From positions 496,001-560,000 of the forward strand of contig MU008153.1 of NCBI GenBank assembly GCA_010909165.1: 64,000 bases of DNA, given 5' to 3'. Numbering within the stretch: the stretch's first letter is position 1; the number at the start of each line of letters is the position of its first letter. The position numbers and the translations under genes were made by a program. The DNA is from Anthoceros angustus (taxonomy: Eukaryota; Plantae; Anthocerotophyta). Positions 47,429-60,300 of this stretch are shown one piece after another. The notes beneath the pieces were generated by a model. The model saw only the letters and a program-made list of their open reading frames with translations, made no database searches and was not told the origin of the DNA.

Positions 47429-49842
47429 ATGGGGAGTGTCGAGGATACCATGAGGAGGTTGGGGGCGATGGGGATGGCGGTGGCTCCAATCTGCGTGCCC
47501 AGACGGACAGGCAGAGTTTGCTTGCAGATTTCAGAGCTCACAGGGCATTCCATAAGAGTGCAGGCCTTCTACACATGAACCAGGTCAAGATTTTCCAAGC
47601 TGGATGATCCACCTCCCCGTCCAGAGCTGCTCTGTCCAGCCTCCGCCCCATCCTGATCAGGTAGCTCCGTGGAATTGGATGGTTTCTTGCATGCAAGCCT
47701 TGTGCTGGAGATTGTTTGCTTGATTCATAGATGCTTGATGGATGGATGGCATTGGATGCTTGTGGGTGGTGCAGCGAGCTGACAGCGGATACGAGGCACC
47801 AGGGACGGGTGCTGTATGGCAAGCTGATCGAGGACGCGTTCCGCATCTCTGCTGTGATGACAATTATGGAGGACGAGGCTGCGGGGTCGCCATTCTGACA
47901 GTATATCGTGCGCTCAAGTCGAATGCTCATGAGCGGATGGTGGCCAAGCGGTTTCAAGGGGCGGAAGATTGCGGTGAAGGAACCGTATTTCAAGGTGGCC
48001 ATGGATGGACGTCTGGCTGTGAGAGTGGATAATTCCGATGATTTTGTGCTCTTGGAAGAGGACGTTGTGCATGTGGCTCCGTCCGAAGGGCAGGGCAACC
48101 AGCCAAGTACGAGAGAGGGGGGAGATGGGCGTGCGAGCTCTAGTGGAGAGGGTGTGTTGAAATCGGTGGAGGAGCTGCGTGAGGAGGGAAGGACGTGTTT
48201 TAAAGCGGGGGAGTGGGGGAGGGCTGTTGAGGTGTATAGCAGGCTGGTTTCTGTGATAGAGGGGAGGGAGGAAGGGGATCGTGAGAGGTCGAGGGAGGAC
48301 TATGTCATTGCCTACTCTAACAGGGCGGAGGCCTGGCTGCAGCTGGAAGTATGAGGAGGCTCTGGGAGATGCTGCCAAGGCTTTGGAGCGGATGGTGGGC
48401 ATGTGAAGAGCATTGCGAGGAAAGTGAGGGCTCTGTGTGCGTTGGAGATTTTCCATGAGGCGGTGCTGTTGTTGCAACAGGTGATGAGGATGGAAGGGTG
48501 GATGGTGCCACTCGGACGGAGTTGCAGGGGCTGCTCAGAGGTGCAGAGGCTGGGGACAAGCAGAGCAGGTTGGGGAAGTATGATCTCAACGAGTTTTTGT
48601 TGGTAGTGGGCGAGTGGCTCCTCCGAAGTGCAGAGATTTTGTGGGGCCTGTAGGATCGGGCTGGTCCAGCAAGGATGGGTCGAAGAGGCGGGGCTTGTTT
48701 GTGACCAGTAGGGTGAAGCCCGGGGATCTGCTTCTTGTGAGTAATCCGCTTGCTGTGGCAAAAGGCGGTGAGGAGCAGGCGGGCTTTGTAAGAGGTATCA
48801 GGATGCCAGCTTGTGTCGTGATCGACGAGAACTTGATAACGGAGGTGACGGAAATTTGCAGGAGGTCCCCTCGCCGTCTGAAGCAGTTGTACTCGCTCTA
48901 CGATGGCACGGAAGGCTCCCAGGCTGAGGTGCCTCCTATGTCGTTGTTCTTGCCACCTGCAGATTCAAGCAAAGTGAAACCGCAAAGTGCTCCGAAGTGG
49001 TGGATGTTGGCCGCATTCGGAGGATCAAGACCGTGAACGCCTTCTTGGGACCGGACCCTGGAGATGCTTTCACAAGCGAGTGGTCTCAGATGACTTCACC
49101 CGCAGGCTTGTGGGTGCTGCCTTCTTTCATCAACCACTCCTGTCTGCCCAACACTCACATCTCGTTTGTGGGATATGCGATGTTCTTACGAGCCACCCAC
49201 GACATCCAAAGAGGGGAGGAGCTCACCATATCCTACGGCGACTTGGAACAGCCTTTGGAGGAACGGAGGGCGTTTCTCAAAGCCCATTCAGGATTCGAGT
49301 GCAGGTGCCCTAGGTGCACAATCGAGCAGGAACTTTTTCAGAGCTTCCCAGCGTTGATCACACTCACACAGCTGTTTTCTGCCCTTCCACCCAAGGACGA
49401 GTCTTATGGTGAGGAGGCTACTAAGAGGCTATCCGCTGCAGGTGCCAGACTTGCTGAACGTTTGGAGCAAATCCTTGATAAGTTGCCAGCAGGCGATGCC
49501 CACAAAAGGACTGGGTCAGGCATTCGTATTTCAGGGTCTACATGTGCGTGGCCTCGGAGCATCTGAGGCGGACATTGAAGACTGATGAATGGGACAGTTG
49601 GGCGGACCATATGTACGCTCGGTTAAGCACGATGCTCCGTATCGAGCCCACAGAGGAACTCCTTGCACAAGCTAGCGGTGCTGTTCATTATGGAGGACAG
49701 GTGCGAAGAGTATCTATGGAAGTGGAAGGCTAAGTGGACTCGCCTGCTGAAGCAGATCTGCACCGCCATGTATGGGCCTATTAGCGAGGAGGCCAGGAAA
49801 GCTCTTGTTTACAGATACTCCCGGACGGCTCTTGCGCTCTAG
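47429..49842 (+). CDS. TPR plus SET domain protein, unit 2, with a diverged 5' part
   Basis: ORFs 47908..48354, 48614..49036 and 48997..49566 give the same TPR and SET motifs. Exon 1 differs by many substitutions from unit 1. Confidence 0.85.
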
Positions 49843-50164
49843 TTTGTGCAAGAGTGTTTTGACTTGACCCAAATGTGGAAGAAGAGCGTACATCACCAGC
49901 TTAAGACCCATTTCCCATGTCCACCCAGCCGGGTTTGGACCCTAACGGGCCGGTGGTTGGGTTTCCAACCTAAAGCTGTCTCTGGTTGGAACGACACATT
50001 TTTGAGATGAACGATTTTGGTTCGGTTCATGACCAGGAACGGATATCCTTGTGAACTACTTCACACAGAATTTCCCACTCCGATAGTTCGATCTTTGGGT
50101 TTGTCCGAATGGGCGAAGTAGTAATTGAAGAAAGGCTGTCTATGGGTTTGTCCGGATTGGCGAT

Positions 50165-50717
50165 GTGGCTCAACAGGCTGCTCTTCTGTAAGACACCAGT
50201 GCTTGCACAGGCCTTCCAAATGCAAAGCAGAAGTAATATCAGCCGCTCCAGCCCCTCCTGCTCCAAAGACTGCATGCTACTAGAAGACAACGGTAAAAGT
50301 AACACCATCAGGGTCACTACCGACAACTAACATCCGCCCAATAACAGCTAGTGCTCTGTTATCGTATCACGAATACCATACCCAGATATCAGGACATTCC
50401 GTGTCACCGCATCCTTTGTGGGCAAGCTGTCAAGAACCCGGCGTGAGGCTTCCAGTTTGTGCCACATTTTGACATACATGTCCACCAGGCAGTTGCCCAC
50501 GACTATGTTATACAGCAGTCCTCCTTCAACAGTCTGAATGCTCCTGCCTGCCTGCCTGCGTGCTTCATCCATTGCCCCCACACTTTGCATAGATGTTCAC
50601 CAGGCAGGTGCCAAGAAACAGGTTACGAGGAATGCCACTGCGCAACACATCAAAGTGCACCTGAAAGGAGTCTCAGGCATACATGCATATTCCCAGCACG
50701 CTCATAACATCTCTACC
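50165..50717 (-). pseudogene. PLS-class PPR gene remnant (next unit)
   Basis: Same peptides in ORFs 50348..50590 and 50027..50326. Confidence 0.8.
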
Positions 50718-51077
50718 AGAAATCTGTAAAGCCAGGAGACGATTGGTACAGTTGGTACAGTCGTAGGACTCCTGCGGCCTCAGAAAGCTTCCCAAGCTGC
50801 CACCAGGTGCTCACAGGTACAGCCGTAACGACGCACATTTCCGACCCTGCACGTCTGCCACGTTCAAGCTTATCCTGAGAGCTGGACTTGAAGGAAAGGC
50901 ACCATGACCCATCTGCAAACCCACAAGCTTGAAGGGCTTGCCACAGTTTCAGCATAGTGCAAAATGTAGACAGAAATAGCAGAGTCTGTCTGCGCCAGAG
51001 ATTCAGGGCTCCAACGGCCTCAGAAAGCTTCTCATATTGACAGAACAAGCTCACGGTTCCCGATCCTGCACGCCTGC

Positions 51078-51350
51078 CAGGTTCAGGCTTATCCCGGTAG
51101 CTCGACACGAAAGGAGGCACCATGCCCCATCTGCACATCCAAGGAGACGAGCTGCTTGACCCAAGCTGGCTTAAAACGATGTGTGTGACTGCTGACGCTG
51201 GATGTCAGGCGGACGGAACTCTTCGTGTCTCTTCTGACCCCAAAGATGCACAGGAATGTAAGAAAAATTATGTCTGGATACATAGATCCACCGCACGTCG
51301 CCGGGATAGCTGAATCCCGACCAGAGGGTTGATGATTTTGCGCTCTACCA
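51078..51350 (-). mobile_element. Same small tRNA-like element, unit 3
   Basis: Near-identical to 483-760. Confidence 0.5.
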
Positions 51351-51356
51351 ACAACG

Positions 51357-52395
51357 CCAACAACTTTATTTATTCCACCGAGGATGGAAATGCTCTGATT
51401 GAACACATATAGAGACAAAATATATACATCTAAACTAAAGAGACAAGACGGTGTAAGATGGAAAAAGGGAAGGAAAGCTATAAGAGGCAAAACAATTGTA
51501 AAGAGTCCAACTAGGTCTGCCGAAAATCAAAAAGCTCAGAGAGACATAGGCCAGTGAGCTTCGTAATATGAAACGAGAAGAATCTACGCAAGGAAAAACC
51601 AGCACACTTAAATAGAAGAGTGTATACAATGAGCCCGAATAGGAGCATAGACATGGCAATAGAGGAAGTGTGATTTAGATTGAGGTCAAGGGAGGCGAGC
51701 TTGCAAATCGGCAGCAGGGGTGGTGTGGACTTAAGCCAGCGGTTGGTCTCGATTCGGAGGTAGTGGGAGCTAACACCGAATTAACAGATGAGTGCGGAGC
51801 TTGAAGGAGGAGGGAATTGAGGTAACATGGTAGGGGAACCTAGAGGGGATTGACACGAAACTCCTCCTAGTAGAAAGCGGAGTTTGGACATTAGGGGAGG
51901 GGCAAATGAAAGGGGAACCAAGTGAGACGAAGATATCTTAATTTAAGGTCCAGGGATGAGGTGGTTGGGAGGAGATGAGAAAGGGAAGGGGAGAATGGGA
52001 GTTAAACCGGGAGTCTAAGGGCAAATTTAAGCCGTTTAAGCCAAGCTTGGGAGAGCCAGAAAAGAAGCTTGGGAATCAACATTGGAGAAGGCGAGAAGAC
52101 CTGAGGCAAGGAGATGATGGCCGGGAGGGGGAAGGGTTAACAATGTCAAGGAGGAGGAGGCGGTAAAGAAAACAAGAGAGGCAAAGAGGCCATCAAGTTC
52201 AAGGTAAGGTAGAAAATTGGAAAGGAGGATAGGTAAGGGTCGACGCTTACAGGCAATGTGAGCACGGAGAAAGGAGCTTTGTACTTTTCCACCTTAGCCC
52301 AAGAGGAAGAGGATGATGGTAATTGTGGGAGTGAAAATAGGGTCACCCGACTTTTCTCACATTTAGATATGGCCAAACAATGTGTTGAAGGGTAA
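51357..52395 (-). mobile_element. LINE 3' end, unit 3
   Basis: Copy of 767-1860. Confidence 0.8.
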
Positions 52396-52789
52396 ACAAT
52401 ACATCGTTTTCTATATACAAATTAAATGCACTTTTTTACATTAAAATATTTAAATTATATATAAAGAATGATATATAATAAGTACTAAGATTAAAAATAG
52501 GGCCGAGTTATGTTGACACCGAGATTATGTCACAAATTAATATTATATTGTAGCCAATGGTCATCCGTAGCGGCTCTAGCTCAATCGATAGTCAAAACAT
52601 GGTAATTACAGGAGGTTAATATGCACCATGGGGTTTTCTTTTTTATTCGGCAATGAGGGTTTCCAATGGGTCTCCATTTAGGGTTTTGAATCGTGTGGTC
52701 CAAAATGCCTCGGAAAAATAGGGTGTTCATCTGTGCACACAAATTTCGTGTATCGATGTAGGAGGCAAAGGGTTTTGATAACCCCTCAT

Positions 52790-55700
52790 ACATCCATTTG
52801 GCTCCATTTCGGACCCGGATGGGACGACCGTTTGTGCAGGTGATGATGAAGACCGATGAGCAAAACCCGGCAACTCAGCGCGAAAAACATGGTGCGCGGG
52901 TCCTTTTCCATTAAGTACAACTCTCGCCTGCCGTTAGTACAATGGTCGAGGGTCAATGTCGGGCCCCTGTTTTCTGGAAAACACAATCTAATCTTTGTTT
53001 ACGGAGGCGCCGGCCGCGCCCTCTTCACTCCTTCCATGGACACCCTTTGACCGTGTGTGGCGTACATTGTACCGCGGAAGAGAAATAGTGTTCCCCACTT
53101 GCGGGGTGAACCGTAACATGCAAAGAAGTCATACCGAGGCAGTCGGTGAGGGGCCTATGGACATACAAACAACGTTCGGTTTGGTTAACGCTTCTGCGCG
53201 TCTTGCACATGAACACCATCTTATCGATGTCTCGTCGTATGGATTTGTCGCTATGCTTAGGAAGGCTGGTTTCCACTGGTCTTTGTAATGGCATAATAAT
53301 ATGTAGACTTGGCGGTGGTTTTCGTTAAGTGCGGGCGGAAAAATAGCCTTCCACGGACAATATGATTTGGAGAATCTATTGAAACTTATTGAGAGGAAGG
53401 GAAGAAAAACGTGTCCACATAAGACAAAACATCTTGGCACGGATGTTCATGAACTCCTCGTCTTACGAATTGGCGGTCATCATCGCAAGGCTGCATCACC
53501 ACCACTATCTTCACTATCTTACGGCCACTTTGGCTAGTGGTATGTAAGCGCAATTCATTTAATTTTAGTCGATCGCCTTCTTGTCCACAGATATAAATGT
53601 TTGCGAGCATTCAAGTTGAAACCATAATATATGATCACGTTTTGTTAAAAACCTTTTATGCGTTTTGTGCAAATTAGCTTTCCCTCCTTTTTCCCGATTT
53701 CGTCACTGGGTCCCTTCATCGGATTATAAATTCTTCAACATACCTTCCTTCATACGCATCTGTGCTCGGTCATGTACCAATGAGCGACAAAGTGAGGATC
53801 CGTGCATCTAAGTGAACATCAATGACCACCAATCCAAAACGGCCTGATGCAGCCGGTGGTGCGAGGGCGCAATGAACATGTCTTTCCTTATTTCCGAAAT
53901 GTCACCATTCAACCTGCGGTTTCTTGTTCTTGTCTAACAACGGTTTGATATGCACCGGTACATATCCGTTGGGGAAGGTCCGAGTAAAGCCTCCTCTAGC
54001 AACTCGTCACGTGAAGAACCTCGGTTTCTTCAACTTGGTCCGAAACCACTTCCATGCGTCTTGGAGTGCGAGCCCTATATTATTCTCACAATAACGATCT
54101 CCTCTTGGTCCACCCAAAATTCTTCCCACCATTTATATTCCTCTGCGGTGACATATGGTCTAAGCGCGAGAGGCCCTCCTTCAAGTGAGCCACACCTCGG
54201 TTGGGGATAACCACGACGATGTGCCTTTCTTATCACGCACGAAGGGATGTCGGCCGTCTGGGCGTTACGTCATGGATGGGACAAACTTCAAAACTCCAAA
54301 CCGGCTTCCGTTTCCCATTGTGGCGATGTCGAATATTGTTTGCTTCTAATGCATCACAAGGCCACGGTCGTTTTTCTTCTCTTGTAATTTTGAAGTGCGG
54401 AATGACAGTTGTTCAATTTACGCACTCAGCACTCCTGTGGCGTCCATCCCCTTGTCGTAACGGCCAAACATAGGAGCGGAAGTCTGGAACCTCCGTTAAT
54501 ACCTTCACCTCGTGTTGGAGTGTACGCCTCTTTCAAAATTGCCGCCAATGCGGGGAGAGTATGAGCTTCCCTGTGTTTCAAGCTCTTTGAAAACATGAAA
54601 ACATTTGGTCAATTTGATCATGAGTATGTCCAACGAGAAGAAACCCCACCTTTACTTTCTCAAAAGTTCCCATATCCACTAACATGTTCAGATATGCAAA
54701 AGAAGTTGATTCTTGTTCTCCCGACAAGTGTTGTCCAATTGCAAGTATAAAACCTTCGGTAATACTCCTTCATAGTTGTGTATCACATCCTGTATAATGA
54801 TGATAGTCAAATTGGCGTCATTTCTCAAATTTGCGTAATGCAAGAAGGCCCTCGTTTTACGTGTAGTTGTGAATCATACACCCAACTACGTGGGCGATCG
54901 GGACTCCTCATCCAGTTCTTGACCACCTCAAAAGTGTGGTACCTCGCTTTTCTTCGTCCATCCCATCTATAGATGTAATATGTACTTATGCGGATCTCTG
55001 TAACTTTTGCTCCCTGTGTTTGGCCATCTTATGTTCCTCGTGCGACGCGATGTGCGTCAGTAGCGACTGATATTTCACTACAAAACAAGAACTTCACGGG
55101 TCGGTTTCAAAATCCATTCTTTGCAAACACTCTAGTCATGCCCTCTCATTTATCATTACACATATACTTCACATGAGGGATTTTGGTGTAGGTGGGAGCC
55201 AAGGTCGGTACTTATGGAGTTCCACCCAAGGGTTTCCGTGGCCAGCGGACATAGGGGCCGGCCGGCACCCCTCTGCTACTAACAAGGGTGGTGGGGCCGG
55301 CGCCACTGTCATGACATTGGGTGGGGCGCCGTGGCCTCCCAATGGAGGAGGAGGAGGGGCGGGGAGGGAGGAGTAGCAACTAACCATCCTGGTCGGACGC
55401 CCTTGAAGCAGAAGAGGGGCCGCGCCACTCTCTTGTGATATAAGGCGCCGGCCGACGCTTAAACCTCCATCCAAGATGGCGCCCAAACCTCCAAGCGACG
55501 GCACCGACACCTAGGACCAGCCACGACAAACCGCAGTAGTTCACACAAAAAGGTTAGAAAGGACTGCATGCGGAGGAACAAGAGTGCCCGGTGCCTTGAT
55601 CGACCTTGTTGAGTTCCGTATAGTTGTCTTCAATCCGCACAGCGAGCATGTCGAGAACCGGTTTGACTTTGGGATCTTCACTCTGCGAGTTGCATTTCCA

Positions 55701-57355
55701 TAGCTTTAAGAACCACGCGTAGGTGACATATCCACGACCTTTCGCACTCTCGTTTGTATAGCAACCATATTTCTAATTTTGTATGCGTGTCGGGAAGATT
55801 GAAAACCTCCACATTTGGGAGCCTCTCACCATGTACATAAAAATCATCCATCCAAGCTATGGCCCCTAGCGCATGCGGAGGAACAAGAGTGCCCGGTACC
55901 TTGATCGACCTTCCGTTGAGTTAGTTGTCTTCAATCCCACAGCGAGCATGTCGAGAACCGGTTTGACTTTGGGATCTTCACTCTGCTAGTTGCATTTCCA
56001 TAGCTTTAAGAACCACGTAGGTGACATATCCGAGCCCGACCTTTCGCACTCTCGTTTGTATAGCAACCATATTTCTAATTTTGTATGCGTGTCGGGAAGA
56101 TTGAAAACCTCCACATTTGGGAGCCTCTCACCATGTACATAAAAATCATCCATCCAAGCTATGGCCCCTAGCGCATGCGGAGCTGCTGGGTTTGTTCGAA
56201 ACCATCCACGGTGAGTTCAAGAACTCTAGCCTTCAACTCCTCATACCGGATGTGTCCCACACAATAAACCCTTAAAGCCTTGAGACAACATCGTGTCGGA
56301 ACACTCCCATAACATGAGTGACAACTTTTCCTTTATCATTGGTCCCTGTCGCGATGGACTAGAGGCGAAGGAATGTCTCTGCTCTTATGCACATTCTTAT
56401 GAATCTATACCGCCTCACAAATCTTTCTTCGTCAATTTACGCAAGCACATCCGATTGCAACAAGGTTTCCGTGTAGTCGTCAATGTCCACTTCACTCTTC
56501 CTCAACGACACGCCGGCTGCCGTCTTAGACATAGGACGCAGTCCTTTGACGTCTGCAATGTCTCGCTCAAAGGTTTGTGAAACGATCTTTGCACATCATC
56601 CTCCGGAGGTGATTGGAAGTCGTCATACGATGGGACCTCTATCGGACCGTCTAGCTCCTCGGGACCGGTATGTTTTGCCTACCCATACCCATCGCCATGA
56701 ACAAGCCACGGCGGGCAATCATGCGAACATCGTCCCTTCAACCCCAACTCTCCTCATTTGGAGGGCTGCCGTCTATGGTCGCATACAAGTTCATTTCTTG
56801 GCGTCCGGAACACCATGCGGCATACTTGGCGAAGACAATTCCGACGTCGGCGTCTTTCCCACAAGTGACATCCACTCGACTTCCCACAATGTGCTATAAC
56901 GGACTCTTCAAGCCCCTTAACACACTAACCTTGCGGAGGATGGCGAGGCGGAGGTGGCGGAGGGTTCAAAGATCAAGCCTCCTCGCCCTTTTCGGGAGTC
57001 CGCTCAGCCTCAAGTATCGGGAGGGTTCTTCTACATAAGCCGATGCTGCGTGCAAATGTGCATTTGCCGGGTTAAGTGGTGATAGCACAAATGAATCGGA
57101 CATGACACGATCGGTGCACTTTCCACTCACGTCCTCCATATAAATGCATGTGTGTCGCGCAACATTGCCGTGGTCAAGTCGACAAGTCACCTTGGTAGAC
57201 TCCTTGCAAAAAATGGTTGGTAAGTGCGTCGGCGCCGACTTAGTACCCACCTCACGCAGCGACTTCATTGCACATAACGGCGAAATCCAATGAGGCGGCG
57301 GATATCGCGTCGCCGCGGATAAGAATAACACCGCCGCCGATGGATAAGTCACGAT
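52790..57355 (-). CDS. DDE-type transposase, unit 3 (frameshifted, with a 305-bp internal duplication)
   Basis: Same motifs (GHTHDQIDQMFS ~54595-54630; DGMDE ~54952-54966). Confidence 0.7.
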
Positions 57356-60300
57356 GTCATAAATACATGCATAGGAGAATAAGGTCCACTTAACTACCAC
57401 CTTTCACACGACATCAGGGTTTCTAACTTTGGTTAACGTGGTGAGCGGTAACCCTAATCTGGTCCAGGGGTTAAGAGTCCCTTATGGTAACGGTGTTCCC
57501 CTTGCAACCTGTTCAAGCGCACTCGGAAGTAACGCTCCACAGTCCGCGAGAGAGGCCTCCATCAGCTGTGTGGCGGCGTGCGTGAAGGAGGGACCTACGG
57601 TGTGCGCCCCTTTGCAAAGAGCGTGTTCCCGTGTCAACCGGTGCACAAGGCATCCCTGTGCGAAGGCGAGAACTCCACAATTTCCATTCCGAAGCCCAAT
57701 TTGTGAGTGATGCAACCTTGTTTTCGTGTAGCTCAATTCTGGGCGGGCCTGTGCAGGTGAACGATGGCAAGCGGACGACGGAGCAAGAAGGATTTGGCGG
57801 ATCGGCTGCCGGTGACCTCCTCCCAAGCGAGAAATCCAGGCGGGGAGCGGGCGGCTAGTGCCGAGGGACTTGGGAAAGGCGACCATCGCGTGATGGAGGT
57901 GGTGAGCAAGCCAAGGGTGGGCATGCATCGGGCGGGCAAGCGAAATCCGCTGGCGGCGTCTGCAGGCCTGGCAGTGGAAAGAGGGGAGCTGGAGTGAGAA
58001 GTCACAAAAGCCTCGGCTGTGCAGTAGCGATTCCTTCGCCCTTCACCTACGAGGAGGCTGATCATTCGTCACAGATGCTCGGATGGATCCTCAATGCTTG
58101 AGAAAGATTGGATGGTGACACGGGATGCGAGCGAGGAGGATGAGAACGTTTTCGACTCCACTATTGAAATTGTGGATCATGGGTTATGAGCATTGCCTAA
58201 CCAAAGAGCGAGGTGGATGGGTAGTATGGGCGACCACGGACATGGACGAGAACCGGTGTTCACGTTGTTTTGCACAACAAGGCCTCGGGAGTTTGTGCGT
58301 GATTCAAGACCCTCAAATGTATAGGGCGTATGAGCTCGGCGTCCTTGGGTTTCATGCTAAGAAATGTGGTCCTCCGAGCTTGTCGAGGTATTTCGAAGCA
58401 ATGCGACAGCGTGTAAGCAGATATGCCATGGACATGTAATTTTGTTTTGTTGAGTTTGTGTCACACGATGTGCTTTCTCCTCGATTTGCATCATGTTTCT
58501 TTGTGACCACCCAGTAGGAAGAGCTCTTATCGGTTGTTGTGTGGAAAGGTGTGATCTTGTTGTAGCACCACAGTATTGTCTATGAGGAGGCGAGAGCAGC
58601 ACAGGAATGAGGATGATGATCACGAGATAGCTGTGCAAGATGCGAGATAGTGGGGACCATCCAGCGAGGATGATGGCCCGATCCAGATGTCTTGGGTCAT
58701 TCGGATGGAGAAGGTCGGGCGACCAAGATGAGGATAGGGATGCACGGACATGGAAGAACCGGTGTTCACGTTGTTTTGCACAACAAGGCCTCGGGAGTTT
58801 GTGCGTGATTCAAGACCCTCAAATGTATAGGGCGTATGAGCTCGGCGTCCTTGGGTTTCATGCTAAGAAATGTGGTCCTCCGAGCTTGTCGAGGTATTTC
58901 GAAGCAATGCGACAGCGTGTAAGCAGATATGCCATGGACATGTAATTTTGTTTTGTTGAGTTTGTGTCACACGATGTGCTTTCTCCTCGATTTGCATCAT
59001 GTTTCTTTGTGACCACCCAGTAGGAAGAGCTCTTATCGGTTGTTGTGTGGAAAGGTGTGATCTTGTTGTAGCACCACAGTATTGTCTATGAGGAGGCGAG
59101 AGCAGCACAGGAATGAGGATGATGATCACGAGATAGCTGTGCAAGATGCGAGATAGTGGGGACCATCCAGCGAGGATGATGGCCCGATCCAGATGTCTTG
59201 GGTCATTCGGATGGAGAAGGTCGGGCGACCAAGATGAGGATAGGGATGCACGGACATGGAAGAACCGGTGTTCACGTTGTTTTGCACAACAAGGCCTCGG
59301 GAGTTTGACGCGTGATTCAAGACCCTCAAATGTATAGGGCGTATGAGCTCTCCTTGGGTTTCATGCTAAGAAATGTGGTCCTCCCGAGCTTGTCGAGGTA
59401 TTTCGAAGCAATGCGACGAGTGTAAACGGATATGCCATGGACATGTAATTTTGTTTTGTTCGGTTTGTGTCGATGTGCTTTCTCCTCGATTTGCATCATG
59501 TTTCTTTGCAGCCACCCAGTAGGAAGAGCTCTTATCAATGTGTGGAAAGGTGTGATCTTGTTGTAGCACAGCGTATTGTCTATGAGGAGAGCGAGAGCGG
59601 TGCAGAATGAGGATGATGCGAGATAGCCGGCAGCAAGATGCGAGATAGTGGAGGACCATCCGACGAGGATGATGGCCCGATCCCGGATGTCTTTGGGTCA
59701 TTCGGATGGAGAAGGTCAGGCAAGACGAGGATAGGGATGCGAGGACATCATGAACTTTGCGGACCTTGTTCCTGTCCGCATCGATGCGGATGACAATCGG
59801 GCGCCGGCGGCCCCGACTCGGCGGATGGGGAAGACACATGACCCCAAACCCAGTTTGTCGATTTCCGTTGGGGAGATGGACTAGGGGCGGCCGGTGGCGC
59901 CTGTGCCCATTGCACTCGCTGAAGAAGGAGGAGGCGGCGCCGGCCGGCGCCGAGGCGAAGAGGAGCCAGGCGTGATGTGGTGGGCGAGGTGGAAGCGGAA
60001 GAGCACCTACGGATGTCTGCCCGGCGGACGGGCGGCGATGGCGATGTGGCGGCGGTAGTGGGAAGAAGTCGAAGAGATGGAGGAAAAGGGGACCATCCGG
60101 AAAACATTGCCATATTCATGTTATGCAGGAGGAAAAGGCGGAGGATGCTATCGAGATGCGAGATAGTGACGGGACCATCCGACGAGGATGATGGCCCGAT
60201 CCAGATGTCTTGGGTCATTCGGATGGAGAAGGGCGACCAAGACGAGGATAGGGATGCGAGGACATCATGAACTTTGCGGACCTTGTTTCCCTCATCGATC

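Larger units (their letters stand above)
25118..50597. repeat. ~25.5 kb tandem segmental repeat, unit 2
   Basis: Collinear with unit 1 throughout. Differences are mostly small indels, except 46820-47930, which is truly divergent. Confidence 0.95.
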
